The notes under the pieces were generated by a model. It was not told the DNA's origin and did not search any database. It saw only the letters and a list, made by a program, of their open reading frames with translations. From assembly GCA_964016885.1 (NCBI GenBank), contig OZ024740.1:306094001-306158000 (forward strand): a stretch of DNA of 64,000 bases. The letters run 5' to 3'. Below, piece after piece: positions 33,501 through 44,825 of the stretch. Positions within the stretch are counted from its first letter, which is position 1, and every line of letters starts with the position of its first letter. The translations under genes were made by a program, and so were the position numbers. Source of the stretch: Eledone cirrhosa (taxonomy: Eukaryota).

Positions 33501-35859
33501 AAGCTTTCTATAGCTGGATGCCCTTCCTATCACTAACTACTTTAGAGCATGTACTGGGTGCATTTATTGTGTAGATTACCAACACCAGGGAGGTTGTCAC
33601 ATCCTTGACACAACTGAAGGGTCTTCCCAACTCTTGTTTGGCAAGCTTTCAACAGCTGGATGCCCTCCCTACCACTAACCACTTTATAGCATATACTGGG
33701 TGCATTTATCATGTAGATCACCAACACTTTGTCATATCCTTGACACCCAACACTTTGTTTCAACAATTGAAATCAATAATTTAGTTTGTCTGTTAGATAT
33801 TTACTGGAATATATTCAAATATCTTGGGAGGTTTAGAAGATGACCTGTTGTTAAAAATTGCTATGTGATGAGTCAATGTTGATTAATTTTTAAAATAAAG
33901 ATGGTTATAAAAAGAATTATATGTAAGAACCAAGCAAGAATGGAATTGGTAACTTTTGTATCTGAAAGTATATTTAATCTTGCTGAAAGAATAGTTTTGA
34001 TTAAAATGCTATTTAAAGAGAGAACAAGTGGTGAAGTGATTCAACAATTGAAGCATTTTAGTTTCAATAAATTGATGAAGATTACAACTAGAAAAAATTG
34101 TCTATATATTGTAGAACTAATGTCACTAACTAGAACTGACTTTTGTATACAAAATATATTGTCATTAACATATTGTCATGACAAAAAGCATCCAGCACAC
34201 TGTGAATATGGTTAGCATTAGGAAGGGCTAGTAGGCACCGTAGAAACCAAGCCAAAATCAGTTCTGTATAGGCAGGACATGATCATTTGACCTGGCTTGT
34301 CTCACAATGGGACAACTCGTCTAGTCCATGCTAGCGTGGAAAATGGATGTTTAATGATGATTATAAATAGTATCCTCTTGTTGCTATTGAATTGTCAAAG
34401 ATTTTCATATTAATGTTGACATCCTAAATACTGTAATTATTGGACAAACAGCATTCAAAACATGTGATACATGTAATATTAGCATATTGTGGCAAGTTAT
34501 ACTGTCAAATGAAGTATCAATACATATTCAATGTAAAATTAATTTAAAAAGTGTTACCCAGTGGAGGCACATGTCCTAGTTGTAAAGGATCATAATGTTG
34601 TGGGTTTGATTCCTGAGCTGAGTTGTGTGTTGTGTTCTTGAGCAAAACACTTCATTTCATGTTGCTCCAGTATACTCAGCTGAAAATGTGTACCGGCAAT
34701 AGCTGGGGGTTTAACTCTGCAATGGACTGGCATCTTATCCAGAAGTGAGTCTTGTACTCTCAGTCACTTCATGCCACAAAACCAGGGTAAGTACCAGGCT
34801 GATGGGCTTGAGACAGACTTTAGAGTTACACAGAAGGATAGTGAGGGAGATGTGTTAAAAAAGTGCTTCCAAGTTGCTGGACTTGTTCCTGTGAGTGGCC
34901 AACTCCAACCTGATAGCAGCAAGTAGGGAGGTGGTTTAGAGACCCAGAATGCCAGAAGTTTCTACTCCTAGAGATTTAATGACAAATTTATCAGAAAGTA
35001 GTTTATTTAGTCAACAAGGTTGAAGTGGTCGACAATCAAGCAGCAACAATATAGAGTAGAAATGGTGCTTTAGTGTGATTGAAGATATGATAACCCCTTC
35101 TGTGGTGCCCAGATAAAATGTTCCCATTACATTCTGTTAAATGGTTGGCATTGGGAATGGTTTACAGCTGTAGAAACCTTACCTAAAATTGCAATATACA
35201 TGTGCGATGTAGTTCTCCAACCTATCTAGGAGGGTAATAATTCTGAATAAAATCTGGTTCAGATGGTAACAAACCACTCAACCTATACCTGCATAGAAAG
35301 TGAACATAAAATAGTGTTGATTATGAAGTACTCTTAAGGTATGAAAAATATTTGGAATATTGCCAAAAATGTTTCAATATTCAGACTTGTGACTAGTTTT
35401 AACCCCTTGATACCAAACCACCCAAAACCATCTCTAGTTCTACAATACAAATCAATTTATTGAAAAGTGTTTATCTAAAAGCCTTTCCATCATAATTTTA
35501 CATAAGAATGTTTATGTTCCAAACACCAACTTAATGAGAAAATTAGTTATATTACTAAAACCCTCCACATTCTTGATTATTTTCAAAATCATCTGAAAAC
35601 CATAGGCATTGAATTTCATCAGAAATATGGTAATGACAGGGTTAATATAAATTCCTTCTTTAATTCTTAGTCCATATGGTAATGGCAGGGCTCCTAGTTC
35701 AACTTATTTGTCATGATGTAGAAGTTGTGAGAGGATAACAAGAAATTAGTATAATTAGTGTTTAATTCTATTTATGTGGTAAGACTACGTTGTACCTGAC
35801 ATGATTTCTTTTATTTATTGTTTCAGTATCTCCAGTTGAAATCCCAGATTGAAACATAA
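21166..35859 (+). CDS. IQCC: IQ motif-containing protein C orthologue, 4 exons, 260 aa
   Basis: Join(21166-21237, 30546-31104, 32965-33083, 35827-35859) = 783 nt, GT..AG introns, phases 0/1/0. The IQ motif LLIQ|AYIRGFIVRNRM is followed by LRAEFEEIMEEID. The C-terminal RQSLVMELVWIQQAISSRKN|YLQLK resembles human IQCC LRAEYEAIVREVE and [25 protein letters not shown] (recalled from memory). Confidence 0.85.
22015..22718. mobile_element. Merlin (IS1595/ISXO2-like DDE) transposase relic arranged as a fold-back
   Basis: Plus strand reads VEIEESKYFHRKYHRG/VFGAVERHSG..PNRSRDTLVPIIQQRILPGSRIISDG*ASY..HERNFV..DVHTQLIENTWSRAKKKL; ~22015-22255 is the reverse complement of ~22482-22718. Confidence 0.85.
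22780..23792. mobile_element. (TA)n-embedded element with long inverted duplication and a degenerate hammerhead motif
   Basis: 23106-23437 versus 23517-23792 inverted; internal 54-bp tandem duplication at 23390 and 23444; hammerhead-like relic at 22819-22882(-). Confidence 0.55.
24290..25686 (-). mobile_element. 5'-truncated RTE-clade LINE (family B), second copy with a long open RT/PHD segment
   Basis: PWELLYADD, GKWSCSVCRKGVGRNSILCPKCKVWVHKTC..CGRC, RRLRWYGHV; (GAT)n tail; highly similar to 9731-11520. Confidence 0.95.
26783..27075 (-). mobile_element. Solo Penelope pseudo-LTR with hammerhead motif
   Basis: Aligns by eye to 28020-28330, the 3' end of the GIY-YIG element; sits between (TA)n runs. 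Confidence 0.75.
26960..27000 (-). ncRNA. Minimal type-I hammerhead ribozyme motif
   Basis: GUCA-CUGAGGA-G-GUCAC(aaugu)GUGAC-GAAA-GAGC-UU-UGAC: stems I and II paired, core intact, CUU cleavage triplet. Confidence 0.65.
27270..27535 (+). mobile_element. Internally deleted RTE family B fragment
   Basis: TKVLVSR..PSGNRPCSVCRKGVGRNSILCPKCKQWVHKRCSG fused to the RTE 3' tail. Confidence 0.75.
27574..27961. repeat. 388-bp near-perfect palindrome (192-bp arms, 4-nt loop) with a hammerhead motif on each strand
   Basis: Arms 27574-27765 and 27770-27961, loop ACTG, one mismatch seen. Confidence 0.92.
27804..27842 (+). ncRNA. Minimal hammerhead ribozyme motif (mirror copy at 27693-27731 on the minus strand)
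   Basis: UGAAC-CUGAAGA-U-UGC(gaaa)GCA-U-GAAA-GUAC-UU-GUUCA; palindromic AGUACU stem III; non-canonical U.U at 10.1-11.1. Confidence 0.6.
28020..29660 (-). mobile_element. Penelope-like retroelement, 5'-truncated (RT C-terminus plus GIY-YIG endonuclease), with pLTR and inverted partial pLTR
   Basis: YSRYVDD; ORF 28471-29346 with NVVYSIRC..YIGETARSIGERINEH..RQITEA..LNRKHEW; 29611-29660 is the reverse complement of 28078-28127; hammerhead relic at 28228-28270 (C3->U). Confidence 0.92.
30546..31104 (+). CDS. IQCC: IQCC exon 2
   Basis: ctatag|GCATATATCCGTGGT...TCAG|gtaaat; 559-nt open exon. Confidence 0.9.
31900..32400 (+). mobile_element. RTE LINE 3' fragment
   Basis: ERSLRWYGHVMRMEDDRWVKKC..GRPRKTW; (GAT)n tail. 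Confidence 0.9.
32464..32859. mobile_element. TA-flanked MITE (Tc1/mariner or pogo-type termini)
   Basis: TA-CTC..GGTC.C.AATAAT...ATTATT.G.GACC..GAG-TA termini; opposite-orientation copy at 61358-61744; fragments at ~3090-3184 and 13075-13172. Confidence 0.7.
32965..33083 (+). CDS. IQCC: IQCC exon 3
   Basis: ataaag|CAAATGAC...AAAAAT|gtgagt; MELVWIQQAISSRK motif. Confidence 0.88.
35399..35645. mobile_element. piggyBac-like MITE family B (TTAA-flanked, older)
   Basis: TTAACCC.TTGATACCAA ... GGGTTAA termini; relatives at ~39170-39360, 43491-43916, 44113-44958, 45593-45828 and 62773-63198, several interrupted by younger retroelements. Confidence 0.65.
35827..35859 (+). CDS. IQCC: IQCC exon 4, terminal (YLQLKSQIET*)
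   Basis: tttcag|TATCTCCAGTTGAAA...TAA. Confidence 0.82.
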   Translation, partial: YLQLKSQIET

Positions 35860-37299
35860 TTCTATACAAAACCTTCAGTGACAGACACAGGTTTCATTGC
35901 TTGCAAGCTGTTATATTAAGATATTGGCCACTTTCCAATAGGTATGTCATTTAATCTCCAGCAGTAGAAACTTCTGGCATTCCAAGTCCTCAAACCACAT
36001 CCCTACTTGCTGCTATTGGATTGGTGTTGGCCAACTGCAGGAATGAGTCCTGCAAGCTGGAATAGCTTTCCTCTGGGATAATGCTTTCTCTCTTCTGTCT
36101 GCTGGGAACATGAGATGAGGTTCTACTTGTTTGAGAGGTAGAGCGGATGAATGGGGGTGCATGACAACCTTTCATCGACTGGTTCATTCTATTACAGTTG
36201 GCCACAACATACACACACAAGACACTACTAAGCCACATTTTCCACACAAACATCAGTTCAATATTTAGATCAAAAGATTTATTATTGCTATCATCAATTG
36301 TACATCTATTTATATGTTGGCTTGATCTGAACAATTCTACAGTATTATATCTCTTTATGTCTATCCATTGTCAATTCTTGTGCGAGTTTAATTCTGACCA
36401 CTTTAATCCTCATTTTCTTTGCCTTATCTGTAGATCCTCTTCAATTACTACCAAACAGCTCAAAGTATATTTTCACTCTTCATATGTCTTCCATTACTGT
36501 CACATCTAATTTCCTTTTCCTTGGTTCATATATTAGTGTCAGTTAGCTAGTGGATCATGTTTGCAGGTTTCACAGCATAACTGTGCAATATAGTGCATAC
36601 AGGGGCTGTTAGCAAGATATATAGAGACTGACTGACAAACAAGTCTCAACAATGTGCTTTGAAATGTGGAGAGTTTGGCAGAATGAGAACAATGTTGATA
36701 CTTTAATCAGCCAGAAAATATATAAATCTGTGTTCACAGTCTAAATATTGGTAGGAACAAAATCAAATTTTGCTGGAAAGGAAATCAATCCAGTATACTC
36801 AGGTATTTTAGTGATGATCTCTGTAGATATAAAGGGCAAAATCCATCCCAGATGTAGAGAAATTTAATAATTGTTATTTGCTATTTCTGCTAACTCATTT
36901 TCTTTAGGGCCTACAAAAATATGGATGTTTTAACATGAGCACATTATCACACAGACACACGTCTTAGAATCAGTTTTATTCTATGTGTATCCAACCTATA
37001 ATAGAACCAATATGGGCTCTGTAGAAAGTTAACAATTGCCGAAGATAGTGTGTAGCAAAGAAGTTTTAAGTTAGTTGTTCATTAACAGTGGTTTATATCT
37101 TTGTTCTTAGAAATAAGTAATAGTTGTGTTTTGGTGTTATCAAGTACTACAAAATAATGTGAACATCATTTAATACAGTGTTCAAGTACATCGTCAGATT
37201 TAAAACAAGCACATATTAAAAAATGTACCCTTCTCTCTTCAATTAAAAATATCTACCCAATTAAGAAATCAATATCAGAATGCTAAAAAATTATATTAT

Positions 37300-38165
37300 T
37301 AAATCAGTAGAGGAGCTAGAGAATAAATTCAGGCTATGGAAATAGCAGTTGGAATCAAGAGGACTAAGAGTGTTGATGAGTAGAAAAGAGGACAAAACTC
37401 TGATTCCGTCAGGGAAATAGCCATGTTCGATATGCAGAAAAGGAACTGGCATAAATTCTATAAAATGTACACAATGCAGATCTTTGGTACACAAGAGATA
37501 TAGTGGGATAGAGGCAAACTAAGAGGTAGGGAGAAATATGTATGCAGTAGATGTACAGGGAAATTTGACAGTAGAAGTCGCATTGATAGACACATTTTCC
37601 AAATGCAGGTGGGTGCTATAGAAGTGGTTGGTAGCTTCCGGTACCTAGATGCTCAGATTAGCATGGGAGGGGGTGTTCCGAGGCCATAGTATCTAGAATA
37701 AGGATAGGTTGGAAGAAGTTTAGGGAGCTGCTTCCTCTGCTAACGAAGAAGGGTTTCTCCCTGCGTACGAAAGGCCGGTTATATGATGCCTGTGTAAGGT
37801 GCGCAATGTTGCATGGTAGTGAGACATGGGCAGCAACTGCAAAGGATATGCGATGGCTGGAGAGAAATGAGGCAAGCATGCTCCTTTGGATGTGCAATGT
37901 CAATGTGCGTGAACGACCGAGCATGGATGTGTTGAGAGAGAAACTGTGTCTGAGAGGAATAAATTGTAGTGTGCGGGAGAGGAGATTGCGATGGTATGGA
38001 CATGTGATGCGCATGGAGGATCACCGATGGGTGAAGAAGTGCCAGGAAATGCCAGTTGAAGGAAGACGTGGTAGAGGTAGACCACGAAAAACATGGGCGG
38101 AGGTGGTGAGAGCAGACCTCAGATCGCTGAAGCTCACGGTGGAGATGATGAAGGACTGTGACATG
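37300..38165 (+). mobile_element. Diverged RTE LINE fragment with PHD-like remnant
   Basis: PSGK*PCSICRKGTGINSIKCTQC, MLHGSETW, ERRLRWYGHVMRM and GRPRKTW motifs; stops and frameshifts. Confidence 0.9.
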
Positions 38166-41100
38166 GGATTATCTGAACTGGTGTTCCAAAGTTTGTAGTT
38201 ATGTGCCACAATAACATATGATTAAGGAGTTGCTGTATCCACATATGGACCTCAATATAGCACCTGAAAATAAAAACTTCAATCTAAAATGTCTATACAG
38301 AACTCACAACACTGATAGGTATTCCAGAGTGTGACAGTTCAGACATTTCTTGATTATTTCCAGAATACAAAGGAAGTCATAGGAACATAGTGTACTGTGG
38401 GAAAGGATTTTGTAATTTATGCATTTGGTAATCAGAAGAGGGGAGGTAGGTGAAAAAGCCAAACTCACTATCTTTAATTCAGTATTCATGCCAACTCTTC
38501 CCTATGGTCATGAATCTTTGGTAACAACTGAAATAATATAATCGTGAATACAAGTGGCCAAAAAGGGTCTATGGAGTAACATTACTCGATAAAGTGCATA
38601 ACTCGGAGATCAGAGAATCACTTCAAGTAGAGCTGCTACTTCTCAGCTATGGTACTATGAGCATAAGGTTAGAGATCACAGTTCCGGTACTATGAACATG
38701 TGGTTAGAATGTCTCAGGAAAGAATCGCTGGACACCCAGTGGCAGACCCCGAACAAGATGGTCTTGCTTGGGGATACAGCCGGATCAGTTGGAATCGGTT
38801 GCTTCTGACAGGACCTGCTGGAAGGAGTACTTGAGGACTCTTCCCCCACAACCTTCTCAGGAATAAGTGGGTGAAGAAGAAGGCAGATAGCAAGAAATTT
38901 GTGTGGAAGAGAAGGTCAATTATATCAACCTCAGTACTTTACTGGTACTGTCATTTCGCACACAAAGGCTCAAAGGCCAAAGTTGACCATGGTAGGGTTT
39001 GAAACCAGAATGTAAACAAATCATGTAGTCACTTGCACTGCTAGAAATAACTGCTCATTTCCCCTCAAATCTCATCCTAATTTCAGATAATGTAGTCCAA
39101 AAATACATTATGTCTGGAAAAAGACATAGAATGGTCATGCCATTAGAGGTCTTCTCAGATGGTATACATTTAACCCTTTTGATACCAACCAGGAAGAAAT
39201 TGGCTTTAGTTCTATGAAATAAAACCACCCATTTTAAATGATTCTTATTTAAATTAAAATTTTCCAATATAATTTTATATATGTTACTATTTTAGTAATA
39301 AAATAATTAACAATTTTAATGAATCTTCAAAATTTTTCAATAATTATTTGAAATAGAATATATTTCTATCTGCTGGTGTAGTTGGAGAAACAAAGTTTGT
39401 ATTTGAATGAATGCTTCATTAGCTTGCAACACTGAGTTTAATTTCTCCTAAGTGTTGAGTTTGGAAAAGAAGGATAAGTTTTACTAGTCTGACTCAGCCA
39501 TATATACAATACCTGAAAATGAAGCCAATTAAGAGACACACCTTACTATGCTTATAAGGAGTACAAATAATTTGAAATAGATTTTAAACAGTCAGTTAAC
39601 TCCACTTTTACAGATTCCAGCCAGAGGGCTATAGCCATGCCAAGGTAAAATAGATATTCAGTAACTCTAAACATTTGAATTGGCAGTATCGGTAGAGGGT
39701 TGGACGCCATGCTTTCTAGCATAGTTACATCCCTTTACAGTCTGAGTTCAAATCCCGCTGAGGTTAACTTTGCCTTTCATCCTTACGGGGTCGATAAAAT
39801 AAAGTACCAGTAATGTACTGGATAATTGCTGGCCTTGTGCCTAAAGTAGAAACAATTATATTAAATAACCAGGCAACACACCCTGATCTGGCTAGCTTCT
39901 ATTCTAGCCATGCTCAGCTTCATTTCATAATGATGTAGCTTGCTGTAACAATCTGAAGTATACAGTAACAGTTCGGCTTAATGTTAATATATGCAAAACA
40001 TTGTGATGTTCCTATGAATTACAATCAAATAGTTTACTTACAATATTACAATAAATTAATTGATTAAATTATTATTTCATATTCAGTACACAACTAACAA
40101 ACTCTAAATATATACAACATCAGAGAAAAATTCTAATGTAAACATAGAATTGTGTAGTTTTCAGTAGTGGGATATAAGTACACCCAGAACACCTAAAGTT
40201 TTCTTGGAAAAATCAGTTTCATGAGAAAAAGTGAATTTCATAAAATACCTATGACAGCAAGAATGATTGTTGGGTAAAGAAGTGCCTGGAAGGAAGCTGC
40301 AGAAGAGGAAGTTCAAGGAAAATCTCGTCAGTGGTTGTGAAATAAAATTTCAAAAGGCTGAACTTCACAGAGATGTTAAAGGAATTCAACAAATGGAGGG
40401 AAGCTGTGCTGGAAAAGACCTGTCTAACCCATGCTAACATGGAGAAATGGACAGAGAATGGTGGTGGTGATGGATTTGTTACTTGTTAGTGTTATGCAAA
40501 AATGCTGAGAAGTAAAGATTCAATGCTATATAAATTTGTGAAAATAACCCTCAGTTCTGGTAATCCAATTTACTGTTTTGTATAAAATTGATTCTTCTCC
40601 AGTTATATTTAAGATCAAGTAATTTGAGGTTACATTTTTTGGTCTATAAGCTCTGCTAAAAACCACAAGAATTCAAGTCTGTGTTTGAATTACTTATCAA
40701 ATTTTTTTCAGATCTATATATCTACAGTACCAGAGCCACGGAACTTTGTTGAGGAAATCCCAACTATATCTAGCTGGTAGCATCTAGCCTCCTCCACTAA
40801 TTCCTACTCCATAGCTGAAAGGGTTGTGATGTTTCAGATTCCAATTGTCAAAGTTTTCTCTCTTCCAAACCCCTTTGGGGGTCTCGAGATATGCAATCTT
40901 TGTGCATCCATCCCACGCTTCCCAGGACAGGTCGCAGGCCCATTGCCAGATCTATATAATGGCACTATCAGGTCATCAGTAGCCCATTAGTGGATTATAA
41001 TCCAGTGCAGTAATATAAGAAAAAACGTGTTATATAAAAAATACTTCTGTATTCCCATTTATCCTACAATGGGCAATTGGAGGTTATGTGTTTTTAGCAG

Positions 41101-41310
41101 GAATATAGCATAGCACCAATAGTTAGATACATACAAGATATAGGCATCAGCACAGTCAACTGTGATTGACAGAAACATAGTTACTGAAATGAATGAGAGA
41201 ATAATTTAACTATTTCTCATTGTCTTTACTTTCTCCTCAAAGCCATAAGAAATTAACACAAACATGGGGTTACATTGAACTCTGATTTTGGTCGTGATGG
41301 CTACATGACA

Positions 41311-41480
41311 AAAAGCACCCAGCCCACACTGTAAAGTAGATGTGTAGGTGTCACAGTAAAAAGCACCCAGCCCACACTGTAAAGTGGTTATGTAGGTGTC
41401 AGAGCAAAAAGCACCCAGCCCACACTGTAAAGTGGTTATGGAGGTGTCAGAGCAAAAAGCACCCAGCCCACACTGTAAAT
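41311..41480 (+). repeat. 48-bp tandem repeat (about 3.5-4 units) inside an RTE-tailed SINE
   Basis: GCACCCAGCCCACACTGTAAA at 41315, 41363, 41411 and 41459. Confidence 0.85.
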
Positions 41481-42721
41481 GTGGTTGACATTAGGAAGGG
41501 CATCTAGCCATAGAAACCAAGCTAAACCAAGTTCTGTGTGAGCAAGACACAGTCTGATTACAGTCATCAGACCTGGCCTATCTCACAACAGGACAGCTCG
41601 TCTAACCAATGCTAGCATGGCAAAATGGATGTTAAACTGTGATGATGATAATCTCTGTTTATAATAGTTTCTGAATTAGGCACAAGGCTAACAATTTGGG
41701 GAGAGGGGAAAGTTGATTAAATCAACCCCAGTGTGTTACTGGTATTTTAATTTGACTCTAGGGACGAAAGATAAAGCTCAGCTTGGCTGGATTTGAACTC
41801 AAAATGTAAAGGGACGTAACTCTGTGCTGCAAAGCATGGTGTTCGACTGTCTATCGATACTGCCAATACGCTGCCCTATAACTTCTATTTATAATTGTTT
41901 CTACTTTAGGCGCAAGGCCAGCAATTACCCAGTGCATTACTGGTACTTTATTTTATCGACCCCGTAAGGATGAAAGGCAAAGTCAACCTCGGCAGGATTT
42001 GAACTCAGATCGTAAAGGGAGGTAACTATGCTAGAAAGCATGGCGTCCGACCCTAATGAACACAAAAATACTCTACACTGTACATGACCAGGGGTTATGT
42101 AGAACAAAATGTGTACACTGAATACAATCACTGTTTACAGTAAGTATAACAATGTTTAACCCTTTAGCGTTTAAACTGGCCGTATCTGGCCAGAATTCTC
42201 TCGCCTTTTTCTGTTCAAACCAGCCGTAACTGGCCACTCATACTGATGTTAAGGTATTGTTCTTAAACTAAATATCATCAAAATCTCATAGATTCGATGT
42301 TATGTGGGATAAAGCTTTTACCATGAAAATACAATAGTATATATAGAATAATGTAAATGTTAAAGCGTTAAGCTGAACATAACATGAAGGCACATGGCTT
42401 AGTGGTTAGAGCATTGGGCTTGCAATCGAAAGGTTGTGAGTTCAATTCTCAGACCAGGTGATGTGTTGTTTCCTTGAGCAAGACACTTTATTTCACATTG
42501 CTCCAGTTTACTCAGCTGTAGAAATGAGATGATAGGGACTGGGGTCCATATCATTCCACTGCAAAATGGTCGTGGAGGTGCCACAGCAAAAAAAGCACCC
42601 AGCACTCACTGTAAATGAGGTTGGTGTTAGGAAGGGCATCCAGCTGTAGAAATCAAGCCAGAATCAGTTCCCGTCCCACCCTTGCAAGCAGGAAAAGCGG
42701 ACATAAAATGATGATGATGAT

Positions 42722-44090
42722 AACAATAAGTTACAATAAACATGGATATGGTTCACAATGAACATCAAAATGTTTACACAGAATATAACCATGATATGAA
42801 CTGAACAACCATAGTTACAATAAACACAACCATGGTATACAATGGATGCAACCGTGGGTTAGAAAAAACAGAACTATGCATTACATTGAATATAATTACA
42901 GACTACACTGAACTCAATCATATTTAAACTAGCGCAGCTATAGTAACACACAACACAAACATGGTTACAAAGATATGTTTAGGCTGAACACAAATATTTG
43001 CTTTACAGAATGGAACAATGGATTACATAGAACACAGTGAACACAAAAATGGGTTACAATAAACAATAGTTTATACTGAACACTATCATGGGTGTTCAGT
43101 ATAGACAGATCACAGAATACACTGAATAAAACATGGTTAACCCTTTAGCATTTACATTACTCTATATTTACCTCACATAATATCAAAGCTATGAGATTTT
43201 GATATTATTTATTTTGAGAACAATACCTTGACATCAGTAGGAGTGGCTGGTTACAGCTGGTTTGAACAGAAAAAGGTTAGAGAATTCTGGCTGGATATGG
43301 CTGTTTTAAATGCTAAAGGGTTAAACTGAACATAACTGTCTGTCACAACAAACACAATGTAGGTTATACTGAACAGTTATAAGTTACACTTAATAACCAT
43401 GATTTACACACGACACAACCATGGTTTATGCTGAACACAGAAATTGTTACATGGAACACAACCATTGATTATACTCAACATAATCATGGTTGACCCTTTT
43501 GATGCTAACCTGCCCCAAATCATCTCTGCATTCTATGAAACAAAACAACCTGTTTTAAAGGTTCCTATTTAAATAAAAATCTTTCAACATAATTTCAGAT
43601 AGAAAAATTTTATGTTAACAATACCATCTTGATAATGAAATGGGCATATGGTTAGAATGTCTCAGGAAAGGATCGCTGGGCAGATTTTACAGGCAAAACC
43701 AGGGATAGACTCCGAGCAAGATGGTTGGATAACACCCATGAGCTTGGCTAGACCCGCCGGATCAGTTGGAGACAGTGGCTTCTGACAGGACCCACCGGAA
43801 GGAATGTTTGAACACTCTGCCCCCACGACCCTCTCAAGAATAAGAATGAAATTATGTATAATTTTAAAAAATCCTTCTAAATTCTCCATTAATTAATTGA
43901 AATACAAAAGAGTTAAACTGACAGTATTGGGTTACACAAACATAGTAAGACTGAACACAATGACAACAACAACTGTACAAAATCATGTGTAACACGGATA
44001 ATCATGAATTATATTAAACAACTATAGTTACACTGAATACAAACACGTTAACAAACATACTGACTATTTACACAGAGGACAACTGTTAGT
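42722..44090. repeat. Highly degenerate ~21-22-bp satellite interrupted by MITEs
   Basis: Recurring ACAACCATGGTTACACTGAAC-like words. Confidence 0.55.
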
Positions 44091-44174
44091 CACAAATTTA
44101 TGATATCGAATTCTTAATCCATAGAACTCTGGCTTTATGAAACATAACCACTCATTTTACCTATTAAAATTAAA

Positions 44175-44825
44175 ATCTTCCAACCGCTCTCCAGCCATCT
44201 ATTTAAAGCTGTATATAGCTATGGTGCGGCCACACTTAGAATTTGCATCACCAGTCTGGAACCCCTATCTTGCTCAGAACATTGACCACCTGGAAACTGT
44301 TCAGAGACATGCAACCAAGCGAATACCCTCCATCAGGCATCTACCATACTCTGAACACCTTGCTTCCCTGGGCATGGATATATTGAAGCTCTGATGCCTG
44401 GCAACTGACTTGGTAAACACCCACAAAATTATTAACCATCTTGCCAACAACAACCCTGAGTACCTTTTTGATTTCCATGTGTCTAACACACGTGGACATG
44501 CCCACAGTCAGAAAACAGCACAGCTCCCATGACCTTTGGAAACATTTTTTGACACTCAGAGTTACTGAAGCATGGAACAAACTACCTGCATCAGTTGTTA
44601 GCTGTCGAGACACTGCATCCTTTAAAACCTCCATGCTTCCTGAGATTCGCCAACACTACACCTAATATTCCTCCTCCATACACATGCACACATGTATATC
44701 ATGACTCATACACTATTCACTTCCCTGACATTTGTATATTATTCTATGTACTATACATGCACCTTTGATGAGTTGTAGTGCACCTGAGCACTGTACACAA
44801 TCATTTCATTATTATTATTATTTAT
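44175..44825 (+). mobile_element. CR1-clade LINE 3' fragment
   Basis: LYIAMVRPHLEFASPVWNPY..LETVQRHATK, TRGH and RV..AWNKLP motifs; (ATT)n tail. Confidence 0.9.

Noticed and set aside
39677-39760. tRNA genes at SINE heads (also 42388-42460 and 20070-20150)
   Set aside because: A and B boxes are present but there is no full cloverleaf, and each continues into a multi-copy SINE body.
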